From an uncultured Saprospiraceae bacterium (GTDB lineage: Bacteria; Bacteroidota; Bacteroidia; Chitinophagales; Saprospiraceae): DNA of 64,000 bases. Under the pieces are notes generated by a model. The model ran no database searches and had not been told where the DNA came from. It saw nothing but the letters and a program-made list of their open reading frames with translations. The position numbers were made by a program, and so were the translations under genes. The DNA lies in the NCBI GenBank assembly GCA_937951615.1, contig CALFBH010000004.1, positions 63,228 through 127,227 on the forward strand, given 5' to 3'. Below, piece after piece: positions 54,030 to 63,599 of the stretch; within the stretch, counting starts at the first letter, position 1; each line of letters opens with the position of its first letter.

Positions 54030-56027
54030 TTACATTTTCTTCAGTACAATTTGTTCCCCTTCTTTGTCGAATATCTTATCAAAAAACTCTTTCAAGCCGT
54101 CATACTCTTCTGGCTGAAATACCGGTTTGTTCAATCTTTCTTCGGAACGAAGCTGAATACGCTTGTCTTTGACTTCCACCAGATACAAATAACTACCATC
54201 GCCATCTGGCAATTTAAGCTTGATACTTTCTGGTGTAGAGACGACCTCATAACCCTCGGGAATATCAAAATTGAGGATATATTTTTCGACATAAGGATAA
54301 GCAATATCCACCGGATAAGTCCGTTTTTTGAGACTGAATACCCGTTCTTCTGTTTGTTCCATCAAAAGCGGATTGATATAAATATTGTCTCCCGATTTAT
54401 CTACTGCATCAGTAACTGTCAGTGTCATTTTTTCTACAAAACGTTTTCCAGGTTTGTCTGCGTTTTGAAATTCAGCATCTTCTACTTCGAAATCATATAG
54501 ATTGCCCAGGCGGTTTTCGATATAATCTTCCTCCTTTTCGTTTTTGTAGCTTTTACGCTTATAGCGGGCGCGATAGCCATTATATACTCCAGTAAATTCA
54601 GCTTCCGATTCATCTCCGTCCAGTTTCAGGTTGATGTTCACCAATTCATCACTGGCTTGCGGAGGCAGCGTGACCCATGCAGGATTTTTGAGGTCTTCAT
54701 CCACTAATAAGCCTTCTTTATTTAAAGATTGTGGGTGGATCATATTCGGCGACAACTCCTTATCAATGGCATCTAATAGAAACTCTTTGCCATTTACTTT
54801 CGCCAACAAAATGATGTGGTCAAATTGCTGAATAATTGGGTAAATCTTCTGTAGCTTACCATTGTCCCGCGTACTCAGCAGTACAGGATAAACTTCGATA
54901 TCGGCTGCCTGCAAACAGGCCAACAGACTCAGATTGATTGCAGTACCGTTTCCTGATTTATTCTCAAAAGCAGTATTCAGATTTTTTTCTTCCATATACC
55001 TCCAGAAATTTCCATCCCAGGAGTAGCTGTCCCGAATAAAATTAAACAAAGCCTCCATTTGTTTTTCTTTATCCGTTATACCTGCGGTAACGAGTTTAGC
55101 TGCATTCAGTATTTTTTTGTGATTGGCTTTATATTTTATCTGACGCCCGCCACTTTCGGCTTTCATCCACCTTCTTATCAGGTCGGCCCAGTCTGTCATA
55201 AATTCATCTTTTGCCCCCGCCGAATAGGGCGGCGAAGGATAATCAATGCGCGCCAACTGAAACTGTATTCTACTTCTATAGTCATCCATTGTGGTAATAA
55301 AAGACTCTTCCTCCATAGCTGGCAGGTCTTTCAGTACAAATCGAAAAGTTGTTTCTGTAGCACTAACACCAAAAGAACGGGTATTCCGACTCTCTACTTC
55401 TTTAATATCGTAGGGTTTAGTGACTCTTGATACCTGGACATATTCCATGTGTTCGGGCAATGTAAAGCGGCATTCGCTCCACTTCACAGGGATATCGCTT
55501 TGAAAATACCAGGAATCAGGAATAGCCACAAAAGGAGAATTTTGACTGTATTTATATTCTATAATCGAACCAACCCGTACATCGGGAAAAGCAAATTTAC
55601 GCGTATAGTATCGTCCGCCGTCCTGTTTTTCATCGAATACATCTTCCTTGCGTACCTTAGAAACGCCATCCGGATTAATCGTCTGTGCCTCGAACTTAAA
55701 TATTTTTTCCTTCTTATGGTAAGACATTTTTACAGACGCATCTTTCGCGCCTTCTTCAGTCAGTATTTTTATACGTATATGGCGGGTATAAACAACTTCC
55801 AAATCGTCTGATGCTTCTCGTTTCACCAAGGTCGTGGTACCATAAGAACAAAGCACGACTTTATCGGCATCGGGGTCGAGTGTATAGCTGGTCATCGCAA
55901 GGTCGTCATCAGGGACGATACCCCAGATTAATGGTGGTGCTTGTGCTTCTAGTATTGGTGTAAAAGTAAGTTGAAAAAAAATGAATAGTAGGACTAATCG
56001 AAGTCCGTTTGTAAGGAATTTTCGCAT
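54030..56027 (-). CDS. DUF3857/DUF3858-type transglutaminase-like paralog lacking the catalytic Cys
   Basis: Signal peptide ending ILEAQ. The position equivalent to GDCKA reads GNGTA (GNGTAINLSLLACLQAADIEVYPVLL). Confidence 0.82.
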   Translation of the reverse strand: MRKFLTNGLRLVLLFIFFQLTFTPILEAQAPPLIWGIVPDDDLAMTSYTLDPDADKVVLCSYGTTTLVKREASDDLEVVYTRHIRIKILTEEGAKDASVKMSYHKKEKIFKFEAQTINPDGVSKVRKEDVFDEKQDGGRYYTRKFAFPDVRVGSIIEYKYSQNSPFVAIPDSWYFQSDIPVKWSECRFTLPEHMEYVQVSRVTKPYDIKEVESRNTRSFGVSATETTFRFVLKDLPAMEEESFITTMDDYRSRIQFQLARIDYPSPPYSAGAKDEFMTDWADLIRRWMKAESGGRQIKYKANHKKILNAAKLVTAGITDKEKQMEALFNFIRDSYSWDGNFWRYMEEKNLNTAFENKSGNGTAINLSLLACLQAADIEVYPVLLSTRDNGKLQKIYPIIQQFDHIILLAKVNGKEFLLDAIDKELSPNMIHPQSLNKEGLLVDEDLKNPAWVTLPPQASDELVNINLKLDGDESEAEFTGVYNGYRARYKRKSYKNEKEEDYIENRLGNLYDFEVEDAEFQNADKPGKRFVEKMTLTVTDAVDKSGDNIYINPLLMEQTEERVFSLKKRTYPVDIAYPYVEKYILNFDIPEGYEVVSTPESIKLKLPDGDGSYLYLVEVKDKRIQLRSEERLNKPVFQPEEYDGLKEFFDKIFDKEGEQIVLKKM

Positions 56028-56162
56028 GATTTATGGCTTGTTGGACTTTGCGCAGGGTTTTCCAATTCTGAGCAAGTCTTTTTGGTTATGGCGTTATACG
56101 CACTGAAAAAATGTTTCGTTTTGGTGTTCAAATCCAAGTTTATGGAGATGAGATGCTGCATA

Positions 56163-56320
56163 GGAATGACGCAAAAATAAATTTACATTTTGACTCGTTC
56201 TTTTCCCCTCTTTCTTCGTTGCGAAAACCCTTACGTAGCTAGGCTATGTGCGGTTTTCACGCCTCGAAAGAGAAAAAAACAACTTCGTCAAAGAAAGTAA
56301 ATTTATTTATGCCTCATTCC
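56163..56320. repeat. Long imperfect inverted repeat (~68-nt arms, ~22-nt loop)
   Basis: ggaatgacgcaaaaataaatttacattttgac...gcgaaaacc compared with ggttttcacgcc...gtcaaagaaagtaaatttatttatgcctcattcc. Confidence 0.75.
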
Positions 56321-56483
56321 ATAGCAATTTTATAGTATATCTAAATATACCGCTAATATATCAAAAACAGCGGTAAATTGTTACCCCTTTTAACAGATTA
56401 ACAATACATTGAAATAAAAATTATAAAAAAAATATGAAAAACGAAACTATAAAGGTGAGTATCCCGTATATAACATAACGAGC

Positions 56484-56524
56484 AAAAAAAAATCCGCCGG
56501 AAGGTCCCAGTCTTCCGAACGGAT
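56484..56524 (-). terminator. Strong Rho-independent terminator on the minus strand with no annotated gene upstream
   Basis: Minus strand reads atccgttcggaag-actgggac-cttccggcggat followed by T9. Confidence 0.7.
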
Positions 56525-57286
56525 TTTCACAGTGAGAAATACAAAGGTGTCTTTAACCGCTTGCTTGTTGTTTTTCTCTGGATGAGTTTAAATCCTTCTT
56601 GTTGATTTGTTTTAGCTTTTTAATTTCATTAAACTCAGTCGCGTTATTTGACCTCTCTGTGTTGTGTACAAGTGTTTTCTCTATATAAAAGTCGGCTGTA
56701 AGACAGCCTAAAAAATTCCTAAATAAAAGGTACTACCGACTAATCGGCAGCACCTTCCCCTAACCTAAAATGTGACAAGATTTGTGGGAGCGTGAGACGC
56801 TCCAACTATATTTTTCAATTCCTTTGAAATGAAAGCTATTTCTATTTTGTTTTCCTCCTCTTTCCTTTCTTCCACACTGCAATTTTACGGAGGTTTTTAA
56901 GTTTTAAAAATTTCATTTAAATTAAATTGTAGTTATTTTTAAAGTTAATTTAAATTCATTTTTTATCTTAAACTATTTATTTTCAGTGTTTTATGTAAAT
57001 TTATTTGTAGTCGATTTTTAATTAAAAATAAATTTAAACCAAAAATTTTATATTTTATATTTTCTTTCTTAATTTGTGGAGCATCCAAACTTCTTTGATT
57101 GCTTATTATGATTACAAATATAGGGGCTAATCTATTACAAAAAAAGGCACAGATTTCTTAAAATGTAGCCTTAAAAACAATAAAATAACAAATTTAATGC
57201 ATTTTCAATAAATTAATAATCAATCAATTAAAATAAAAATATCTAAAAAAAATGTAGTTATTTTCAACTCAAAAAATCATTCTTTT

Positions 57287-58726
57287 ATGCAAAAAACCAA
57301 ACTTATTCACTTGTTTAGAGCCTTAGAAACCGACGAATTGCGCGAATTTGCGAAGTTTTCAAAAAGTCCGTTTCACAATAAAAATGAGCGTGTTATTGCT
57401 TTATATCAATACTTAAGAAAGTATCAGGATGATCTATCTAGTCCAAAACTGAACAAAGAAACAGCCTTTAAAAAGTTATTTCCCAAAGGAGAAAAGTATG
57501 CTGACTGGAAAATGCGGGAACTCATGTCAGATTTATCTTTGCTGATAGAACAATATTTTGTGTGGAAAGAGGCTACACAAAAGGACACGCAGCAAATGTT
57601 ACTGATCAAATCACTCAGAAAAAGACAGAAGGCAGAAAAGTATTTTTTCAAAAATGCTCAAGACCTGCATAAAGCACTTAATGCTAAACCGCTAAAAGGT
57701 ACGGACTATTATTACGATCAGCTACAATTGAACCTCATGTTATATTATCATCCTCAGATTTCCAAATACTCTGGTAAGGATGATGCTAAAGAATACCTGA
57801 CAGGCATCATGGAAAACTTAGATTTTCATTATGCTACAGCAAAACTAAGGCATGGCTGCGAAACGGCTATATGGGAGCACTTTAAAGATGTATCCATTCC
57901 CTCTCCTATCCCTACTAATCTACTGGATGAATTATCGGCCGTTCAGAATGTAGACCATACCCTGCTGAATATCTATAGCATGATTGGCAGAATATTTAAA
58001 GAAAAAACTTACCATTTATATGAAAACATAAAGCTGCTGGCTTTAGCACATTTCCAACACCTCGACGGGGAAGAATCAGGCAGTCTTCTTACGCTCCTTA
58101 TTAATGCAGCTTCGGTTACGAATCAAGGGCGAAAAGAAATGTTATATTGGTACAGATATGGGCTAGCTCAAGACATCTTTTTGGAAAATGGTTCTATATC
58201 ACCAGATCACTTCAACAATATTGTATCGGTTGCTTCATCTCTTAAAGAGTATGAATGGACTAAAAACTTCATTAAGGAATATTATGTCCATCTACCACAA
58301 ATTGAAGATCGAACGGAAAATATCGCCCAGCTCTATAATGCACAACTCGCTTTTGCGCAAAAAGATTTTAGCGACACAGTATCTAGACTATATAGGCTTG
58401 AATTTGAAGACTTTTCTTACGGCATTCGCCATTACACTTTAATGATTCGAAGTCTTTACGAACTTCAGTCAGAGGACATCTTCGACAAATGCAATGCTTT
58501 TAATGTCTATATTTTTAGAAAAAATAAGAACAACATTATCAGCAGACATATTCTTGAATTTAATCGCAATTTCATTTCTATAGTTGAGCAACTAGCCCGA
58601 TCTCGGGGAATGTTTAAAATAGATGCGGATAAAATTAAAAATAAAATAGATAGTATGGATACGCTCAATATGCGTGAATGGCTGCTTGAAAAAGTATCGG
58701 AACTAAAAAAGCCCCATCGCGTATAA
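57287..58726 (+). CDS. ~480-aa all-helical (TPR-like) protein, paralog family member 3
   Basis: N-terminus LIHLFRALETDELREFAKFSKSPFHNKNERVIALYQYL parallels members 1 and 2. Confidence 0.75.
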   Translation: MQKTKLIHLFRALETDELREFAKFSKSPFHNKNERVIALYQYLRKYQDDLSSPKLNKETAFKKLFPKGEKYADWKMRELMSDLSLLIEQYFVWKEATQKDTQQMLLIKSLRKRQKAEKYFFKNAQDLHKALNAKPLKGTDYYYDQLQLNLMLYYHPQISKYSGKDDAKEYLTGIMENLDFHYATAKLRHGCETAIWEHFKDVSIPSPIPTNLLDELSAVQNVDHTLLNIYSMIGRIFKEKTYHLYENIKLLALAHFQHLDGEESGSLLTLLINAASVTNQGRKEMLYWYRYGLAQDIFLENGSISPDHFNNIVSVASSLKEYEWTKNFIKEYYVHLPQIEDRTENIAQLYNAQLAFAQKDFSDTVSRLYRLEFEDFSYGIRHYTLMIRSLYELQSEDIFDKCNAFNVYIFRKNKNNIISRHILEFNRNFISIVEQLARSRGMFKIDADKIKNKIDSMDTLNMREWLLEKVSELKKPHRV

Positions 58727-58788
58727 TGCGACAGGACTTTTATTTATTAAATGACAGAACAGTTATCTTATTTGGATATGAAAATAAA

Positions 58789-59181
58789 TCAAGGTTTTAG
58801 GAATTCAAATCTATCCACTAATCTACCACCCTGTGTGATGACTAGGGCATAATCGTCTCCACTCACCAATTCTGGATAATCATCAAGATCAACATCTATT
58901 GTATCGCCTGGTGTATATTCTCTCATTGTTAAAACGACCTCATCCCCTCCTTTTAGTGGATAAGCGGATATTATAATCATATTGCTATCCATTCTTCTTT
59001 GTCCCAATTCAGTAAAACTGGCCATGACATCGTACTCACCTTCAAAGCTAAGCTGCGATATAACAACGACATAGCCTCCGGTTATTTCCTGTGGGCTGTA
59101 AATTTTTGCATTTGCGGTTACAGTAGTTGCACTAAGTGCAAATAATACGATACAAGTTAAGCTGATAAATAAATTTCTCAT
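58789..59181 (-). CDS. Small secreted hypothetical protein
   Basis: Signal peptide MRNLFISLTCIVLFALSATTVTANA. Beta-rich 105-aa mature part. Confidence 0.65.
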   Translation of the reverse strand: MRNLFISLTCIVLFALSATTVTANAKIYSPQEITGGYVVVISQLSFEGEYDVMASFTELGQRRMDSNMIIISAYPLKGGDEVVLTMREYTPGDTIDVDLDDYPELVSGDDYALVITQGGRLVDRFEFLKP

Positions 59182-59936
59182 GATTTGTTAAGTTTCTTGC
59201 GTTTAAAAAAAGATTCAAAATTCCCTCAAATTTGAATCGATATCGCTCCCATACGATACCTGTTGGATTTCGAGGACGTTTTTACGGTAAATAATTGAAA
59301 ACCTAGTAGTTAACTATGCGCATAGTTCACCAAAAATCTGAATAATTTCCTAGGTAATTATCCAAATCCGTCAGTCTTCAGGAATACCGTATAATTAAAA
59401 TGAGTATTAAGAAAGAGTACCTGCTTCCCTTTGCAGGTCTTGCTTTAGTGGATAAAACTTAATATCTTGCCAACCAATTGAAGAAAGCAATCGTTAATTT
59501 TTTACCTAAAGCATTTCTTATTAATGGTCGCTAATTCGTTTGTTCGTTGATTTGTTATAAAGACAAATACAACGCTTCTTTTTGGACACTTTTAATGAAA
59601 AAATTGAAAACTCTTTTATTAAAAAAGTGAACAATTTTCCTCCACACCTCTCATAAATAGCTGACATTAAATCTCTTAAGTAGGAATTTTTTTCTACTAA
59701 AAACTTGTAATTTTTAGTTGTTATTTTCAATATGCGTTTTACAAATATTAAAAATAACAGATTAAGACTAGTGTTTTGTTAAGCTTATAAGCTGATGATT
59801 GCCATCAGATACTTATGACCTGCAAGACTTAGTTTTTTATTTTTTTTACAAAAAGTGTCCGAATATGATTTGCCGGACAGTCTATAGTAGCAAACGTTCC
59901 TGATATCCACAATATCAAATAGTCGATTTCGCCCCC

Positions 59937-59944
59937 TAGTTTTG
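59937..59944 (+). promoter_or_regulatory. Possible Bacteroidota -7 box (TAnnTTTG) for the 60005 gene
   Basis: tagttttg lies 60 nt upstream of the ATG. Confidence 0.25.
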
Positions 59945-60004
59945 ATTTACTACAAACGAAAGAAAACCGATTCAATATTTCGATGACAAAACAGGGAACG
60001 CAAA

Positions 60005-61327
60005 ATGAACCACTACGAAGACGGTAGAATTGACTCTTATTTATTAGAGTCTGACCCCGAAAGATTTTTTAAAAGCTACCGGCAAAAGCCGGAAGATCGC
60101 ATTAAGTGCAATTTGTTGCAAGTCGGATTTGAAACCGAATTTAATGCTAGTACCCAACGTTTTTTTGGAGCACTCCAACAATCGCTCAAAAAACGCATGG
60201 GAAACAGGCAGGCAGAAAAAATTTCTGTCAGAAGAATGGTTTCTGAAGAAAGCAACAAACTGCTGAATGACGATGCGTATTTACTAAAGAATATTGTTCC
60301 ACTATTAATTTACAAATATAGAGGGGACATTAGAGACTTAGTAAAACGCTATGCTAAAGGGAAGTTTCTGAACTTCGGACACCAATTTCGCTCAAGGGTT
60401 TATCAAGCCTTGCACGAAGAGCTGACGGCATACAGCCATCTCTCTAACCAACTCGTTGCATCGCCAGGTATGCTACTAAAAGCAATTGTATCCAAAGAAT
60501 GGCTAACCCAACTTAGCCATGCAGAGGACACCGAATTACTTGAAAATGGTAATAATCGACTGGTCGAAAAATACCAGCCCGTTATCAAAATCAAGACACA
60601 TCGGTACATTGATGGTACAGCAACCATAAAAGAGGACATTGAAAGTGACGTCACTTTAATGTTGCTCGAAAAGATTGAAAAAGGCAGTCTGCGGAAAAAC
60701 TATAATGGTAATGGGACTGTTTCGGCATATCTCAATACAATTATCTACCGCGACGTTTTCACGGCATTGAAAAAACAACGCCCGAAAATTGATACAATTC
60801 CGGTATCTCCTTATCAGCACAACTACTGCACAGATAGCGAAGCCGAGCAGTTTGAAGGTAATGATCAATTAAATTATTACCTGAATGCACATGCACAAAC
60901 GCTTGACGCTGCTATGCGAATTACCTGTAGAAAACCAGGACAGGTAGAGCGATTCAAACTTACATTGATGGTGCTTTATGGCACGGAAGTCATAGAAAAT
61001 CAATGTATTATCAGTTTGTTTCCTAACTGCCCACAAAGTCTTGCTGACGAAATTACTGCATTTGCCAATAGTAAGGAGAGTGCATTTAATAAAGACTATT
61101 TTTTCGGTTTTCTGGGGAATATGCTCGCGCGTATTGAACAGACAGAAGTACAGAAAGGAGACTCGTTCCGAAAAAACTACGAAAGAAAAGAAGATAAAAT
61201 CTGGGGTGTTTTTACCGAAAGACACCAGATTAATTTCAACAGAAGGGGCCGACAAAATATCAGTTATTTTGAAGAACTGGTCAATTATTATTTCAAAAAT
61301 TATTCTAATCACCCTCTAAATTCTTAA
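60005..61327 (+). CDS. Atypical sigma-70/ECF-like protein with a ~190-aa N-terminal extension (tentative)
   Basis: The central segment LVEKYQPVIKIKTHRYI..DIESDVTLMLLEKI..GTVSAYLNTIIYRDVFTALKKQR resembles sigma region 2. QVERFKLTLMVLYG resembles the start of region 4. Confidence 0.55.
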   Translation: MNHYEDGRIDSYLLESDPERFFKSYRQKPEDRIKCNLLQVGFETEFNASTQRFFGALQQSLKKRMGNRQAEKISVRRMVSEESNKLLNDDAYLLKNIVPLLIYKYRGDIRDLVKRYAKGKFLNFGHQFRSRVYQALHEELTAYSHLSNQLVASPGMLLKAIVSKEWLTQLSHAEDTELLENGNNRLVEKYQPVIKIKTHRYIDGTATIKEDIESDVTLMLLEKIEKGSLRKNYNGNGTVSAYLNTIIYRDVFTALKKQRPKIDTIPVSPYQHNYCTDSEAEQFEGNDQLNYYLNAHAQTLDAAMRITCRKPGQVERFKLTLMVLYGTEVIENQCIISLFPNCPQSLADEITAFANSKESAFNKDYFFGFLGNMLARIEQTEVQKGDSFRKNYERKEDKIWGVFTERHQINFNRRGRQNISYFEELVNYYFKNYSNHPLNS

Positions 61328-61441
61328 GCCTATGACTTAAAACTGCTCCAGCGATAAATCCACTTAACCATATAGCATTAATACACTTACATCCCTGACG
61401 CCAAAGAAGCAATCTATTTAAATTTGTTGTTAATATTTAAA

Positions 61442-62020
61442 ATGCCTTTAAACATGGTTAAACAGAACCTACTCATTCAAGAAGGAGGAATCACTCCGGT
61501 AGGCGTGGCTATATATGTTGAAAAAATGTTGATCGGACAGTTGGAAGACCTTCCTGCCTGCCTTATCAATCATGTAAATCAATCTGACCAGTGTCGTTCA
61601 AAAATATCGTTTTTATTGGAACATGAACTGGACAAACAACGTATATATAATATACGCGAAGCCATAAAGACCGAAGTATCCACCATACGGAAGAAGACCG
61701 CAAAATGCAATGCCCAACTTCCGCTACTTAGCCCATTAAACAATGAAGTTTTTGTCGAACATATACAATTTGAATTTGAAAGACCTTTAGCACAACAAGC
61801 TATTTTGTATATCATCGACAGCAACGAAAATAAAATACTAAAAACAGTGCTAAAAACTGACAGTACGACATATCATTACTGCCCGCACAATTTGCAATCA
61901 GGATTATATCACTACGTCATTGGTACGCAGGATACTTCCCTGAAGGGTAGTTTTTTCTACTGTCAAAAAGATCAGAATGTTGTTCTTACCAACAATAAGC
62001 TGTCTTATTCAGCCTGTTAA
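61442..62020 (+). CDS. Hypothetical protein, possible anti-sigma-like partner
   Basis: ORF directly downstream of the sigma-like gene. N-terminal C-x3-H-x6-C (CLINHVNQSDQC). No TM segment. ATG at 61442 preferred over the TTG at 61424. Confidence 0.5.
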   Translation: MPLNMVKQNLLIQEGGITPVGVAIYVEKMLIGQLEDLPACLINHVNQSDQCRSKISFLLEHELDKQRIYNIREAIKTEVSTIRKKTAKCNAQLPLLSPLNNEVFVEHIQFEFERPLAQQAILYIIDSNENKILKTVLKTDSTTYHYCPHNLQSGLYHYVIGTQDTSLKGSFFYCQKDQNVVLTNNKLSYSAC

Positions 62021-62036
62021 ATTTTTACCGCTTGTT

Positions 62037-62075
62037 ACCTGCCCGGCCGCCCAACAGTCGTGGCAGGTTTTTTTA
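62037..62075 (+). terminator. Rho-independent terminator
   Basis: acctgcc-(18 nt)-ggcaggt followed by T7. Confidence 0.6.
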
Positions 62076-62260
62076 ACACCTTCCTTTCTAACGGCAATTA
62101 GTGACACACATAGCCCACTGTCTCCCCGACAGTGGTTCTATGTTTTTTGGGGCAAGTCCACTGGACTTCTGGTTTTCTTTCAGAAAACTACACTCCGTTC
62201 ATGCACTCCTTACAGCTAGTTTCCTTATCTTCACGGCGTTTTTTAAGTAATGATAAAAGA

Positions 62261-63556
62261 ATGTCAGACCAACAAAAATTTAGTCTTTCTGCTACTGACC
62301 GTCAGCGTAAAATATACACGGACGGTATGCGGGGCAATATACCTCTTATTCCGACGAATCAGGCCAGGCTGAAAAAACTGGCTAAAGAACGTATGACGCC
62401 CGAAGCTTTTGCTTATGTGGCTGGTGGCGCGGGTATGGAGGATACTATTGCACAGAATCGTTCTGGCTTCAACTACTGGAATATCCTGCCCCGAATGCTG
62501 AATGATGTATCTCAGGCTGATACTTCCGTCGAATTATTCGGACACAAGCTCCCCTCCCCTTTCCTACTCGCGCCTATTGGTGCCCTGGAACTTGTGAATC
62601 AGGAAGCCGACCTCGCAGTAGCCAATGCCGCCCGTGAAACAGGTGTTCCTATGATATTTTCCAATCAGGCTTCTATTTCTATGGAAATCTGCTCGCGTAT
62701 CATGGAAAACTCCCCGCGCTGGTTTCAACTATATTGGAGCAAATCCGACGAACTCATCAGCAGTTTTGTGCGGCGGGCAGAAAATTCAGACTGCACAGCC
62801 ATTGTGGTGACACTGGATACGACGATGCTCGGCTGGCGTACTCAAGATTTAGACCTCGGGCATCTGCCTTTTATGCATGGTAAGGGTATCGCCCAATATA
62901 CCAGCGATCCTATTTTTACAAAAATGCTGGAAGAAGATGACAGCAACGCGCCCAAAATAAGCAAACTGACGCCCACTGGTATTGCTTCTGTATTTCAACT
63001 CGCCAACCGATTTCCAGGCGGAATTTTTAATAATATACAGTCGGGCAAGCCTATGAAAGCTGTTCGAAAATTTATTGATATATACTCACGTCCTTCTCTG
63101 AGTTGGGAAAATCTGGCTTTCCTGCGCAAACAAACAGCACTCCCTATTCTACTGAAGGGTATTTTACATCCCGAAGATGCGGCTAAGGCATTAGATCATG
63201 GCATCAATGGCATTATTGTATCCAATCATGGCGGCCGGCAGCTTGATGGCGCAATTAGTGCGATTCAGGCGTTGCCTTCCATTATACGTGCTGTAGAAGG
63301 CAAAATACCGATATTAATGGATAGCGGAATTCGTGGTGGCGCAGATGCATTTAAGGCACTTGCACTTGGTGCAAAGGCGGTTTGTATCGGACGTCCTTAT
63401 GTTTATGCTTTATCCATTGCCGGCAGTGCCGGTGTAGAAGCTTTACTCAGAAATTACATGGCAGATTTTGAACTGACCATGCGATTATCTGGTTGTACAT
63501 CTGTAAAAGAAATTACCCGAAATCATCTTAGAAAAAATATTGCTTTTGCAGGATAA
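62261..63556 (+). CDS. FMN-dependent alpha-hydroxy-acid oxidoreductase (lactate 2-monooxygenase/L-lactate oxidase-like)
   Basis: Motifs AFAYVAGGAG, VTLDT, SNHGGRQLDG and DSGIRGGADAFKALALGA. The ATG at 62261 (MSDQQKF) is preferred over the track start 62132. Confidence 0.88.
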   Translation: MSDQQKFSLSATDRQRKIYTDGMRGNIPLIPTNQARLKKLAKERMTPEAFAYVAGGAGMEDTIAQNRSGFNYWNILPRMLNDVSQADTSVELFGHKLPSPFLLAPIGALELVNQEADLAVANAARETGVPMIFSNQASISMEICSRIMENSPRWFQLYWSKSDELISSFVRRAENSDCTAIVVTLDTTMLGWRTQDLDLGHLPFMHGKGIAQYTSDPIFTKMLEEDDSNAPKISKLTPTGIASVFQLANRFPGGIFNNIQSGKPMKAVRKFIDIYSRPSLSWENLAFLRKQTALPILLKGILHPEDAAKALDHGINGIIVSNHGGRQLDGAISAIQALPSIIRAVEGKIPILMDSGIRGGADAFKALALGAKAVCIGRPYVYALSIAGSAGVEALLRNYMADFELTMRLSGCTSVKEITRNHLRKNIAFAG

Positions 63557-63599
63557 ACGTTTAACTCAATTTCATTCGTAAAAAAATTATTATACTATA

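Noticed and set aside
56842-56916. 24-aa basic ORF (MKFLKLKNLRKIAVWKKGKRRKTK, minus strand), and a longer open frame ending ..EIKKLKQINKKDLNSSREKQQASG at about 56560
   Set aside because: The first is too short to support from sequence alone, so it is mentioned only as a candidate in a finding. The second frame has no ATG, GTG or TTG start after its upstream stop.
59521-59730. 69-aa minus-strand ORF in the 59.2-60.0 kb spacer
   Set aside because: It uses a TTG start, lies in AT-rich sequence and has no motif or signal peptide. A real small gene cannot be excluded, but the evidence is insufficient.
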